Source: Porticoccaceae bacterium
GTDB lineage: Bacteria; Pseudomonadota; Gammaproteobacteria; Pseudomonadales; Porticoccaceae
NCBI GenBank assembly: GCA_029254005.1
Contig: JAQWYJ010000013.1
Span: forward strand, 23,630-87,629
Reading direction: 5' to 3'
Length of the DNA stretch: 64,000 nt
In this document: positions 1 through 9,121 of the stretch, in pieces
Numbering within the stretch: position 1 is the stretch's first letter
Layout: each line of letters begins with the position of its first letter
The notes under the pieces: model-generated
Database searches by the model: none
What the model was told of the DNA's origin: nothing
The model's input: only the letters and a program-made list of their open reading frames with translations
Position numbers and translations under genes: made by a program

Positions 1-2
1 AT

Positions 3-1211
3 ACCTTTGCCGAGCTTGCGCAACACAAATTACGCACTTTACTAACCTTACTCGGCATGATTTTCGGGGTCGGCGCGGTAATTGCGATGCTAAATATTGG
101 TGAAGGAGCTGAACGTGAAGCCCTCAAAATGATAAACTCAATGGGGCTTCATAATCTTATTGTGGAAACAAAAATGTTCGATGATGAGGAACTCACAGAA
201 CAGCGCAAGCATTCAACTGGGTTAACTATTCGAGATGCACAAATCAGCGTTTTATCACTGCCGTTTATCGAAGCCTTCAGTGCACAAAAAATAATTGATA
301 CCTATGGTATTTTTAGCGCCTCAGGATACAGTGATGGCGAGGCTATTGGCGTCAGCCCAAGTTATTTTAAATTGTCAAAACTACAACTAGCGAATGGACG
401 ACTACTAACCGAAGCCGATGACGCAGATTTTTCTCAAGTAGCATTACTAGGTTCATCTACTGCCAAACAGTTGTTTCCATCGGGTGGAGCAATTGGTAAA
501 ACGGTCAAGATTAATCATCTTTGGTTCCAAGTTGTTGGTGTACTTCAACCGCAATTTTTAACCAAGGATGAATTTCAAGGTGTTAAATTAGGTGGTGAAC
601 AACGCTTAGTTTTCATTCCACTGAAAACTGCTATCCATCGATTTGAAAACAGTGCTTTATCCAGCGAAGTAAGTAGCATTAAACTACAGCTCTCTGAAGG
701 TATTGATGCTATTGAGGCGTCAAAAGCATTAGGCCATCTGTTAGGAAGACGACACAATGATGTAGATGACTATAAACTAATAATTCCAGCTGCCCTACTT
801 GCTCAACAAAAGAAAACTCAGAACATTTTTAACATAGTTATGTCCTGTGTGGCAGGTATATCTTTATTGGTTGGAGGCATAGGTATAATGAATATCATGT
901 TGGCCACTGTACTTGAACGAACCAAAGAAATAGGTTTATTACGGGCGGTTGGAGCCACTCAAAAAGACATTCAAATTCAATTTATTGCCGAGAGTTTTAC
1001 AATTTCAATTTTAGGGGGTATTTTAGGAATAGTATTCGGCATATTGCTGTCGGAAATTATTGCAGGTTATTCCGAGTGGGCAGTTTCTTGGTCTTTAGGA
1101 GCAATTATTTTGTCCTTTAGCATCTGTTCTTCAATAGGATTAATATTCGGTGTTTACCCCGCTATCAAAGCCTCACAATTAAATCCTATTGATGCCCTAC
1201 AGAGCGACTGA
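3..1211 (+). CDS. ABC transporter permease, MacB/FtsX family (5'-truncated by window edge)
   Basis: Frame is open from position 3 (TFAELAQHKLRTLLTLLGMIFGVGAVIAM). C-terminal FtsX motif GGIGIMNIMLATVLERTKEIGLLRAVGA and ending NPIDALQSD. Confidence 0.9.
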   Translation, partial: TFAELAQHKLRTLLTLLGMIFGVGAVIAMLNIGEGAEREALKMINSMGLHNLIVETKMFDDEELTEQRKHSTGLTIRDAQISVLSLPFIEAFSAQKIIDTYGIFSASGYSDGEAIGVSPSYFKLSKLQLANGRLLTEADDADFSQVALLGSSTAKQLFPSGGAIGKTVKINHLWFQVVGVLQPQFLTKDEFQGVKLGGEQRLVFIPLKTAIHRFENSALSSEVSSIKLQLSEGIDAIEASKALGHLLGRRHNDVDDYKLIIPAALLAQQKKTQNIFNIVMSCVAGISLLVGGIGIMNIMLATVLERTKEIGLLRAVGATQKDIQIQFIAESFTISILGGILGIVFGILLSEIIAGYSEWAVSWSLGAIILSFSICSSIGLIFGVYPAIKASQLNPIDALQSD

Positions 1212-1303
1212 CTGTGGCCTTAACAGCACATAAACCAAGACTAACCGAAACAGGAACTACGTTGCTGTATCGAGATATATTAGAGTAGGAAAAAAATCAT
1301 ACG

Positions 1304-1337
1304 AAAAAATGCGACAATAGGTACTGCCTATGTCGCA
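1304..1337 (-). terminator. Rho-independent terminator after rpmE
   Basis: Minus strand TGCGACATAGG-cagta-CCTATTGTCGCA (one bulge) followed by TTTTTT. Confidence 0.7.
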
Positions 1338-1366
1338 CTTTTACCAGCAAGCTTCACAAGGAGTGA

Positions 1367-1582
1367 TTAAGCACTCTTTTTAGCAGAACCAAAGCGCTTG
1401 TTAAAGCGATCAATTCGACCACCAGAATCAACAATCTTCTGCTTACCCGTGTAAAAGGGGTGGCAAGAAGAACAAACATCAAGGTAAATTGCTTCAGTCC
1501 GAGTTGAACCAACTTTTATAACATTACCACAACTGCAGGTTGCAACGAGTTCGTTATAGTTTGGGTGAATCTCATTTTTCAT
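1367..1582 (-). CDS. rpmE: 50S ribosomal protein L31, Zn-binding type A
   Basis: MKNEIHPNY...CSCG...[18 protein letters not shown] at 1582 with GGAG upstream; the ORF-track start at 1609 is too long. Confidence 0.97.
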   Translation of the reverse strand: MKNEIHPNYNELVATCSCGNVIKVGSTRTEAIYLDVCSSCHPFYTGKQKIVDSGGRIDRFNKRFGSAKKSA

Positions 1583-1738
1583 CTTATACTCCAAGTTACG
1601 AACCGCCACCTCGTCTTTAAACTGGTACTATACCGCTATGCATGCGGTTCAGTTTTAGCAAGGCACGGTAGGCCATTTCAAAAGAGCGCGGATTTTAACA
1701 GAAAGTTATCTAGTTACAAAAGGAATTCTTATTTTTTT

Positions 1739-3958
1739 ATGGCTACTAATAAGCCTTTCATTATTCGGGTAGCGATACAATCGCCACTTCGGCAATTATA
1801 TGATTATGTAATTCCCAAGACTATTCTTGAAACTTCACCTAATCTGCAGCCTGTATCAGGCTGCAGAGTGCTTGTACCTTTTGGTCGGCGGCTTGTGGTT
1901 GGCTTAATTGTCACCTGTCCCGAAACTAGCAGTTATGATGAAACCAAACTTAAATCGATCGAAAGCCTATTGGATAAGAGCCCGCTGATACCTCAGGAAT
2001 TATTCGCTTTATTTGTTTGGGCGGCCCATTATTACCAACATCCTATCGGGGATGCACTGTTCAACATGCTTCCAATAAAACTTAGGAAAGCAAAACCATT
2101 GACTGAACCTAGTACAAAATATTGGCAACTAACAGTCAAGGGTAAAGGACTCGGTGAGAATTCTCTTAATCGTGCGCCAAGCCAGAAGGCATTGATTGGC
2201 CAATTATTGGAGCATGGTCGCCTGACAGATGATGACATAACAAAACTATTTCCACGTAATATCTTGCAAACGCTTGTAAAAAAAGACCTTATTAAAGATA
2301 GCGAAGATGTTAAAGCCAAGGCAGCAATTAAAACCTTACTCAGGCAAGTACCGCTGTCACTAAACACCGCGCAGAAAACAGTTTTCGCTAAAATTCGCTA
2401 TGATGATTTTCGTTGTTATCTACTTAATGGCGTAACTGGTAGCGGCAAAACCGAAATTTATCTTCGTGCCATTGAGGCCGTTTTACGTCAAGGCAAACAA
2501 GCACTGGTGTTGATACCAGAGATTAGCTTAACACCACAAACTGAAAAGCGTTTTAGTGATCGGTTTAACGTACCCATTGTCACCTTGCACTCTGGCCTTA
2601 GCGACAAAGCAAGACTTATTGCGTGGACTGATGCACGAGCTGGGCGAGCAAACATTGTATTGGGCACACGTTCGGCAATATTTACGCCAATGGAGCAACC
2701 AGGCTTAATTGTTGTAGATGAAGAACACGATCATTCCTATAAACAGCAAGAAGGATTTCGCTACTCTGCAAGAGATCTTGCGGTTATAAGAGCTCGAAAA
2801 GAAAATATTCCAATTATTTTGGGATCAGCTACACCCTCAATAGAGTCGCTTAACAACTGTGTCACTAAACGCTATGAACAACTAATACTACCTCAGCGTG
2901 CTGGTGAAGCTCTGCAACCTCAGTGGTCAATCATTGATCTTAAAACCGTTAATATTGAAGCAGGAATTGCATCGACAACACTTTCAGCGATATCAGAGAC
3001 TATTTCTAACGGTCAGCAGGTGCTCATCTTTCTAAATCGCCGGGGTTTTGCTCCTGCAATTATTTGTCATCAATGTGGTTGGGCAGCAAATTGCCGTAGT
3101 TGCGACACCAAACTCACTGTGCACCGCGCTCGAAATAGACTTATCTGTCACCACTGTGATTACCAACAAGCTATTCCTAAACACTGTCCAAACTGCAAGT
3201 CTTACGAACTTGTACCTATGGGTGAGGGCACTGAACAGAGTGAGGACTATTTAAAACGCTGTTTTCCAGATACCAACATTATGCGTGTTGATAGAGATAG
3301 CACGCGTAAAAAAGGTGCTATGCAAACGGTTTTTAATGAAGTTGAGCGTGGTGAGCCGTGTATATTAATCGGCACACAAATGTTGGCTAAGGGCCACCAC
3401 TTTTCAAATGTCACATTGGTCGCAGTGTTGGATGCAGATAGTGGATTGTTCAGTCCAGACTTTCGAAGTCAAGAGCGACTTGCCCAACTACTCACTCAGG
3501 TGGCAGGACGCAGTGGTCGTGGCCAATTACCTGGAAGAGTTTTTATCCAAACTCATCAACCTGAGCATCCGTTGCTGGAAAGCCTCATAAACAGCGGATA
3601 TAACACTCTAGCAATAGACTTAATGACTCAGAGACGCCAACATGAACTTCCACCATATCGGCACTTGGCGGTGATTAGAGCTGAATCACAATGGGCAAGA
3701 ACTGCTGAAACATTTTTACACCATGCTAGAGCTACAGCGCAAAAAATTTGTCCTGCCAGCGAGTCAATTACTTACCTTGGTCCATTACCAGCAATGTTGG
3801 AGAAACGCGCAGGGCGTTATAGGTTTGTCTTACAAATTAATGTGACTCAAAGATCAACACTACAAAATTTACTGACACAACTGAACCAACTGTTAGAGTC
3901 CTATAAAGGTTCCAGAAAAATTCGATGGTCGGTTGATGTGGATCCACAAGAAATATAA
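1739..3958 (+). CDS. priA: Primosomal protein N'
   Basis: GVTGSGKTE Walker A, DEEHD, four CxxC Zn motifs, QVAGRSGR, ending WSVDVDPQEI; divergent from rpmE. Start placed at ATG 1739 (MATNKPF). Confidence 0.96.
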   Translation: MATNKPFIIRVAIQSPLRQLYDYVIPKTILETSPNLQPVSGCRVLVPFGRRLVVGLIVTCPETSSYDETKLKSIESLLDKSPLIPQELFALFVWAAHYYQHPIGDALFNMLPIKLRKAKPLTEPSTKYWQLTVKGKGLGENSLNRAPSQKALIGQLLEHGRLTDDDITKLFPRNILQTLVKKDLIKDSEDVKAKAAIKTLLRQVPLSLNTAQKTVFAKIRYDDFRCYLLNGVTGSGKTEIYLRAIEAVLRQGKQALVLIPEISLTPQTEKRFSDRFNVPIVTLHSGLSDKARLIAWTDARAGRANIVLGTRSAIFTPMEQPGLIVVDEEHDHSYKQQEGFRYSARDLAVIRARKENIPIILGSATPSIESLNNCVTKRYEQLILPQRAGEALQPQWSIIDLKTVNIEAGIASTTLSAISETISNGQQVLIFLNRRGFAPAIICHQCGWAANCRSCDTKLTVHRARNRLICHHCDYQQAIPKHCPNCKSYELVPMGEGTEQSEDYLKRCFPDTNIMRVDRDSTRKKGAMQTVFNEVERGEPCILIGTQMLAKGHHFSNVTLVAVLDADSGLFSPDFRSQERLAQLLTQVAGRSGRGQLPGRVFIQTHQPEHPLLESLINSGYNTLAIDLMTQRRQHELPPYRHLAVIRAESQWARTAETFLHHARATAQKICPASESITYLGPLPAMLEKRAGRYRFVLQINVTQRSTLQNLLTQLNQLLESYKGSRKIRWSVDVDPQEI

Positions 3959-4056
3959 TCGGTGTAAAATTAAAATGGATTTTCAATCCTTACAATTTTT
4001 AGCCATATGCTGTTATTTCCCCTACAATGCCCTCTGGAGTCTGAATAAGAAATTGT

Positions 4057-4590
4057 ATGAGTCGTTCTACTAAAAAAAATGGTGCTGTTCGAAATAATAG
4101 GCCTTCCCCTGCCACGGAGAAATCTTCTCGGCCAGCGTTCCTAGCGGGATTAGTTATTGGTGCGTTGGTTATGTATATCATGCCTCCAATGCTAGCAACT
4201 GACCAAAAACCGAGCCAAGTAGTGGTTCAAGATATTGTAAAAAAAACAGATAATGAGACTCTGAAATTCGACTTTTATACCCTTCTCAAAGATAACGAAA
4301 TTTTAGTACCAGACAATCAGCAAACGAGTGAAGAAGCAAATCAAACAGATAGCTCTCACTACTTACTGCAGGTTGCTTCATTTAAAAATGCTCAAGATGC
4401 TGAAAATTTAAAAGTTGAGTTGTTATTACTTAATTTAACGGCAGATAGTGAGATTGTAACAAGCAAAAATGGTGATATTTGGCATCGAGTAGTTGTTGGA
4501 CCATTTGCCAATACTTCTAAAATGGCGTCAGCTAGGGCACGACTTGCGCAAAATGAAATGGATAGTCTTCTACTCAGGCGCAAGCTGTAG
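4057..4590 (+). CDS. SPOR-domain cell division protein (FtsN-like)
   Basis: Single N-terminal TM helix, FDFYTLL motif, C-terminal SPOR domain (YLLQVASFK...WHRVVVGPF). Confidence 0.88.
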   Translation: MSRSTKKNGAVRNNRPSPATEKSSRPAFLAGLVIGALVMYIMPPMLATDQKPSQVVVQDIVKKTDNETLKFDFYTLLKDNEILVPDNQQTSEEANQTDSSHYLLQVASFKNAQDAENLKVELLLLNLTADSEIVTSKNGDIWHRVVVGPFANTSKMASARARLAQNEMDSLLLRRKL

Positions 4591-4677
4591 AGTCATCCAA
4601 ATAGTATACCTATCCGAGTGATTTTTATTGACAAACTATAGTCTAATATCACCGTCTATCCCCAGTTCCATTTATAT

Positions 4678-4715
4678 TAAAAGCATACCTGCCCCAGAGT
4701 ACAGGTATGCTTTTA
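4678..4715. terminator. Bidirectional rho-independent terminator
   Basis: Perfect 14-bp inverted repeat TAAAAGCATACCTG-N10-CAGGTATGCTTTTA between convergent genes. Confidence 0.75.
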
Positions 4716-4959
4716 AATTTACCTCAGTATAGTAGTTTGGTGTGAGATTACTTTCTTGAGTTAAGTCTCTGCAAGTTGCCATGGATCGTTTCACAGACAA
4801 GGATGCGGCGGGCAATGTCACCGTAAGTGTCTATATGGACAAGAAATGACGCAGGGAGGCGTCGCTTTGTTAAGCGATGATCTTCTCTGCTGTCTTTTCT
4901 GATAGATCGAATCGAAGACACTGCTAATATCAACTAATACCGTAACGACTAAAGGGTTC

Positions 4960-5637
4960 TTAAAATACCCAACCATAACCAATACTGATGGCAAGAGGGT
5001 CTAAGTCTACGGAAGCGTCCACTAATTGCTCTAATCCTGCGTCAATGGAAACCTCTGTTGAAAGCGTATATTTTTTAATATCTATATTGAAATAATGACG
5101 TTCGCTAACAACGTAATCAAAGCCAGCATTTAACGCAAAACCAAAACCATCCTCATAACTAATATCTAATGCATCACCAGGATCATGGTCAAAGAAAAAC
5201 GTATAATTTATGCCAGCACCAACGTAAGGTGAGAAACCACGCCCAGAGTTAAAATGATACTGCAGTGAAAGTGTTGGTGGCAAAACTTTGGTTGAACCAA
5301 GATTTACGCCGCCATACTCAGTTTCTACCGCAGAAACCATATGTTTCGTATACCCAAGTATTGTCTCAAGGGCAATATTATCGGTTAAAAAATAACGTAT
5401 ATCCAACTCTGGAACTGTATCTGAACTGACCTTTGCCTCACCCCCAATAGAGGTTACTGAGCTCTCATTTGGCCCTAAAGTTAATACTTTTAAACCAACA
5501 AGCCAAGCACCCTTTTTCTTTATTAAATCATCATCAGCACTGACCTGAATTGCTGACAATAGTCCTGTAAAAGCACAGACTAACGATACTGATATATGCT
5601 TTGATATTGATTTCTTTCTCGAAAAATAATTATCCAT
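4960..5637 (-). CDS. OmpW/AlkL-family outer membrane beta-barrel protein
   Basis: Signal peptide, PELDIRYFLTDNIALETILG, LPPTLSLQYHF, PYVGAGINYTFFF, C-terminal IGYGWVF. Confidence 0.9.
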   Translation of the reverse strand: MDNYFSRKKSISKHISVSLVCAFTGLLSAIQVSADDDLIKKKGAWLVGLKVLTLGPNESSVTSIGGEAKVSSDTVPELDIRYFLTDNIALETILGYTKHMVSAVETEYGGVNLGSTKVLPPTLSLQYHFNSGRGFSPYVGAGINYTFFFDHDPGDALDISYEDGFGFALNAGFDYVVSERHYFNIDIKKYTLSTEVSIDAGLEQLVDASVDLDPLAISIGYGWVF

Positions 5638-5723
5638 AAGTTCCTTTGTTGTGCTTTTTAGTCAACCTAGGGCGCACGTTTTAATGTTAGTTACCCAGCC
5701 CAAAAAAGAGCTAATCTATATAT

Positions 5724-5939
5724 TTATAAGACCTCTGAGTTAAACCATTTGTAAGGTTTATCTCCAGCAACCCTGAAATAAAGCACCATGTTGACCATGT
5801 GAGTTAACAGTAAAGTAATACCTATGCCAATGGCCCATACAAGATCCTGATAGTTTTCATGCGCACCCACAGCATAGAGCGCCGAGGCTATAAGTAATGT
5901 CCAAATTGACATTATTAAAAGTGCTTTTAATGTATTCAT
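5724..5939 (-). CDS. Small hypothetical membrane protein (71 aa, two predicted TM helices)
   Basis: Two hydrophobic stretches; its ATG overlaps the ferredoxin stop (TAATG), indicating translational coupling. Confidence 0.7.
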   Translation of the reverse strand: MNTLKALLIMSIWTLLIASALYAVGAHENYQDLVWAIGIGITLLLTHMVNMVLYFRVAGDKPYKWFNSEVL

Positions 5940-6268
5940 TATTTTCTACTCACTTTGTTTTCATTTAAGTTGACGCTCACTGTGATGTCAGATTTCGGCA
6001 CTGACTGGCAAGCAAGTATGTAGCCTTCATTTATTTCAGAAATATCCAAAACATAACCAAAATCCAGTTGCGGTTTAATTTTTCCATCGACAAGTCGGCA
6101 TTTACATTTACCGCAACTACCGACCTTACATTTAAAGGGCCAGGGCACTCCAGCTCCTAAAGCTGAACTCAGCAGTGAGTCTCCACGCTTAACATTGAAG
6201 CTAATATCACTTTCTGTAAGATTAACCTCGAAATTTGCAGGTGAGCGCCTAAAAAAATTCAACATCAT
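5939..6268 (-). CDS. Plant-type 2Fe-2S ferredoxin, resembling the N-terminal domain of XylA/CymAb-type reductases
   Basis: CKVGSCGKC...GYILACQ (CX4CX2C...C); AGGAG upstream. Confidence 0.92.
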   Translation of the reverse strand: MMLNFFRRSPANFEVNLTESDISFNVKRGDSLLSSALGAGVPWPFKCKVGSCGKCKCRLVDGKIKPQLDFGYVLDISEINEGYILACQSVPKSDITVSVNLNENKVSRK

Positions 6269-6323
6269 ATAACTCCTTAATATTCACCATAGCGGTTGGC
6301 CTTAGCAATCAATTGCAAACCTG

Positions 6324-7445
6324 TTAATGTGAAAATTTCTGAGCGATCAATTTTTCTTCAGCTGATGCATATTTCTCGTCCCAATTGTCTAAATATTTTT
6401 GTACGTAGGCTCTAAATAGTGGTGGAATCAGTGTAATGACAAAGAGTGAGAAATAGCCAATTCCATAGTTTGGACCTTCTACATCATCTAACTCCCAAAA
6501 ATAGGTTTCACCCCTTACATGGTGGTCACATTGTCGACCAATTTCGATGAAAAACCAGCTGGTAAAAACTGAATCGTTGTCCCAAGAATGGCGATGTTCT
6601 ACGGGCCCGTCTTTACGAATGAGACCATAATGGCCCATAAAATTGAGTGCTTCTAAAAGAAAGTTAGCGATAACCCAAACAGAAAATAATGCAGCCACGC
6701 CTACGGCACCACCAGCCCAAACAAAGAGTACAATAGAGGGTAAGCTATATAAATAACCCAGGATCCAACGATTATCAATATTTAAGGCGGAAGATCCTCG
6801 TTTACTTAATCGCTGCTGCTCCAAAATATAGGAAAATCGAGATTGGCCCATATGCGAAAGCCATGCATGGGTATAAATATTTCGTCCTCTGGGCGCCGTA
6901 GCCGGATCATCCTCGTGACCGAGGTCTAAGTGGTGGTTATAAACATGAGCATAGGTAAAATGAGCAGCACCACTGAGCGCCATAATAAGCCTAGAAACTA
7001 AGAATCCCTCTTTTTTATTGTGCGACAATTCATGGCCATAGATAATACCTAGTCCTGCCCACAGACCGCTTGAAATTGTCGCGCCAATGAGATTAAAACC
7101 ACTAATTCCTGCTTGGTAACTAAACCCCAAAAAACTACTAATTACTATAGGCGCATCCGCATTGTATTGAAAAATACGGTAGGCTAAGACAACCTGTAGG
7201 GCTATAAAAACCGGTAACATAAAAAACATCACTGAGTACTGTAACTTTTTAATCCCATAGGATTCGCCGCTGTCATCAAAATCAGCTGGCAGGTGAATGT
7301 TTCTGGTAAGGGTATCAATAAGGGTATTGAGTGCGAATAATCCAACACCGACCCAAGTATAAGAGCCGCCAAAAAGAATGCCTAAAATAGCAATAAGAGA
7401 CATAAATGGGACGATCAAATATCGTACATTGACATAAAATTTCAT
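6324..7445 (-). CDS. Membrane non-heme di-iron monooxygenase, AlkB/XylM family (divergent)
   Basis: His boxes HELSH, HVYNHH, NFMGHYG, RQCDHH; DDPATAPRG motif; several TM helices; ITLIPPLF near the C-terminus. Confidence 0.88.
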   Translation of the reverse strand: MKFYVNVRYLIVPFMSLIAILGILFGGSYTWVGVGLFALNTLIDTLTRNIHLPADFDDSGESYGIKKLQYSVMFFMLPVFIALQVVLAYRIFQYNADAPIVISSFLGFSYQAGISGFNLIGATISSGLWAGLGIIYGHELSHNKKEGFLVSRLIMALSGAAHFTYAHVYNHHLDLGHEDDPATAPRGRNIYTHAWLSHMGQSRFSYILEQQRLSKRGSSALNIDNRWILGYLYSLPSIVLFVWAGGAVGVAALFSVWVIANFLLEALNFMGHYGLIRKDGPVEHRHSWDNDSVFTSWFFIEIGRQCDHHVRGETYFWELDDVEGPNYGIGYFSLFVITLIPPLFRAYVQKYLDNWDEKYASAEEKLIAQKFSH

Positions 7446-7626
7446 ACTTTCTCCTAAGATTTACAAATAGTGAATCCTAGGAACTTTACTTCCGTTTTAG
7501 CACTTTATTTTAAATCGCGGCAATAGGATCAAATGACGATGACGCGCAGTATATAGAATTTAAAAGAATATAAAATATATATTTTATATCTAAAATGAAT
7601 ATGCTAAAAACTTTTTGTCTCCACTT

Positions 7627-8973
7627 TTACAGATAAGCATCGTATTCTAAAAGTGTCACTCGACTATCAAATTCATGCTTCTCTTGTCGCTTGCAGCGGG
7701 CATAATTGACCTGTAATTCTGATCCGAGCATGGTCCTTACAAAGACGGAATCTTCGAAAGCATGCAATGCGTCATTCCAAAATTGTGGTAGGGATGGTAC
7801 TACATCACCGGCGTCACCAATGATGGCATTAGGCGCCTTCAAAGAGCGCTCAATACCCCACAAAGCTCCTGCCAAAATAGTAGCCACAGTCAAATATGGA
7901 TTTGCATCAGCGCCAGCAACACGATGTTCAATTCTCATGGCGCGATAATCACCTCCAGGAATACGAACTGCAGTGGTTCGATTTTCATAGCCCCAATTTG
8001 GAGACAAGGGAGCATAGCATCCAGGCACCATGCGTCGATAAGAATTAATATTTGGCGCAAAAATAGCCATGCTATCCGCCATTGTGCTCAGACAACCAGC
8101 TACAGCATTATTGAGTAATTCACTCCCTTCAGAGGTACCATTATCAAATACGTTTTTGCCATCTTGATCCAACAAGCTGAAGTGGATATGCATACCGTTA
8201 CCGACCTGATCAGCAAAGGGTTTAGCCATAAAAGTAGCCAACTTATCATGCTGGTGGGCAACACTTCGAATCGCTCGTTTGAGCATACTACCCTGATCAC
8301 AGGCGCGTAATGCACAATTTTGATGATAAAGGTTAATCTCAAATTGCGACGGCCCAAACTCTGTAATTAGCGTGTCTACGGGTAAATTTTGTGTCTTCGC
8401 AGCATCAATAATAGCATCCATTAAGCCAGCACTGTCACGCATAGTATCAATCCCATAGGTCTGCCCCCCAATGGACGGGCTTCCATCTATCGAGGTTTGC
8501 GTATGACGAGGAACTCCAAACTTATCAGGATCAATTTTTAATAAGTGGAACTCCATCTCACTTGCAACAACAGGCGTTAGCCCTAAAACCTTGAACCGGC
8601 TCAGTATGTTTTGAAGAACAGCTCGACAGTCTCCCAAATATGGTTCGCCACTACCTTCATCAGTCATCGAAACGATAACTTGGGCGGTGGGCTTATCACC
8701 CCAAGGTACTCTGACCAATGTACTGGCATCAGGTACACAAATACCATCAGTATCGCCTGTTGCTGAAATTAACTCTTCTTGATCTCGCCCCCAACAGTCC
8801 AGAGAGCAACTGCTTAAGGGCATTTTAAATCCACCCTCAAATAATTTATATATTTTATCTCTTGGTAACCATTTGCCTCTCTGGGCACCGTTTAGATCAT
8901 GCAAAAGAACCTCAAACATCTCAATATCCGGATTATTCGATAAAAATTGGTCAAGCTGCAAAATTGGCGACAT
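7627..8973 (-). CDS. Gamma-glutamyl-polyamine synthetase (PuuA/PauA-like, glutamine synthetase family)
   Basis: ASEMEFHL, EFGPSQFEINL, FMAKPF, GNGMHIHFSL, WGYENRTTAVRIP, RIEHRVAGADANPYL; near a puuD-like gene. Confidence 0.85.
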   Translation of the reverse strand: MSPILQLDQFLSNNPDIEMFEVLLHDLNGAQRGKWLPRDKIYKLFEGGFKMPLSSCSLDCWGRDQEELISATGDTDGICVPDASTLVRVPWGDKPTAQVIVSMTDEGSGEPYLGDCRAVLQNILSRFKVLGLTPVVASEMEFHLLKIDPDKFGVPRHTQTSIDGSPSIGGQTYGIDTMRDSAGLMDAIIDAAKTQNLPVDTLITEFGPSQFEINLYHQNCALRACDQGSMLKRAIRSVAHQHDKLATFMAKPFADQVGNGMHIHFSLLDQDGKNVFDNGTSEGSELLNNAVAGCLSTMADSMAIFAPNINSYRRMVPGCYAPLSPNWGYENRTTAVRIPGGDYRAMRIEHRVAGADANPYLTVATILAGALWGIERSLKAPNAIIGDAGDVVPSLPQFWNDALHAFEDSVFVRTMLGSELQVNYARCKRQEKHEFDSRVTLLEYDAYL

Positions 8974-9121
8974 AAATTAAGATCTCTAAATTGGGTTTCA
9001 AAGTGGGATTCTACAGTATCTGATAAGGCTACGTTGTTCAGCAAGCCAATAACTACCCTTTGAGGGTATGCAAACTATTGGCTTACAACGTAGTATAAAT
9101 GTTTGGCCATAGGAGCTACTT

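Noticed and set aside
1565-1738. 58-aa N-terminal extension of priA in the ORF track
   Set aside because: It overlaps divergent rpmE and its promoter region; PriA-like sequence starts after ATG 1739.
4748-4933. 61-aa ORF in a somewhat GC-richer patch after the OmpW gene
   Set aside because: No recognisable motif in either direction and no inverted repeats or transposase signature. It may be a remnant, but I cannot support a call.
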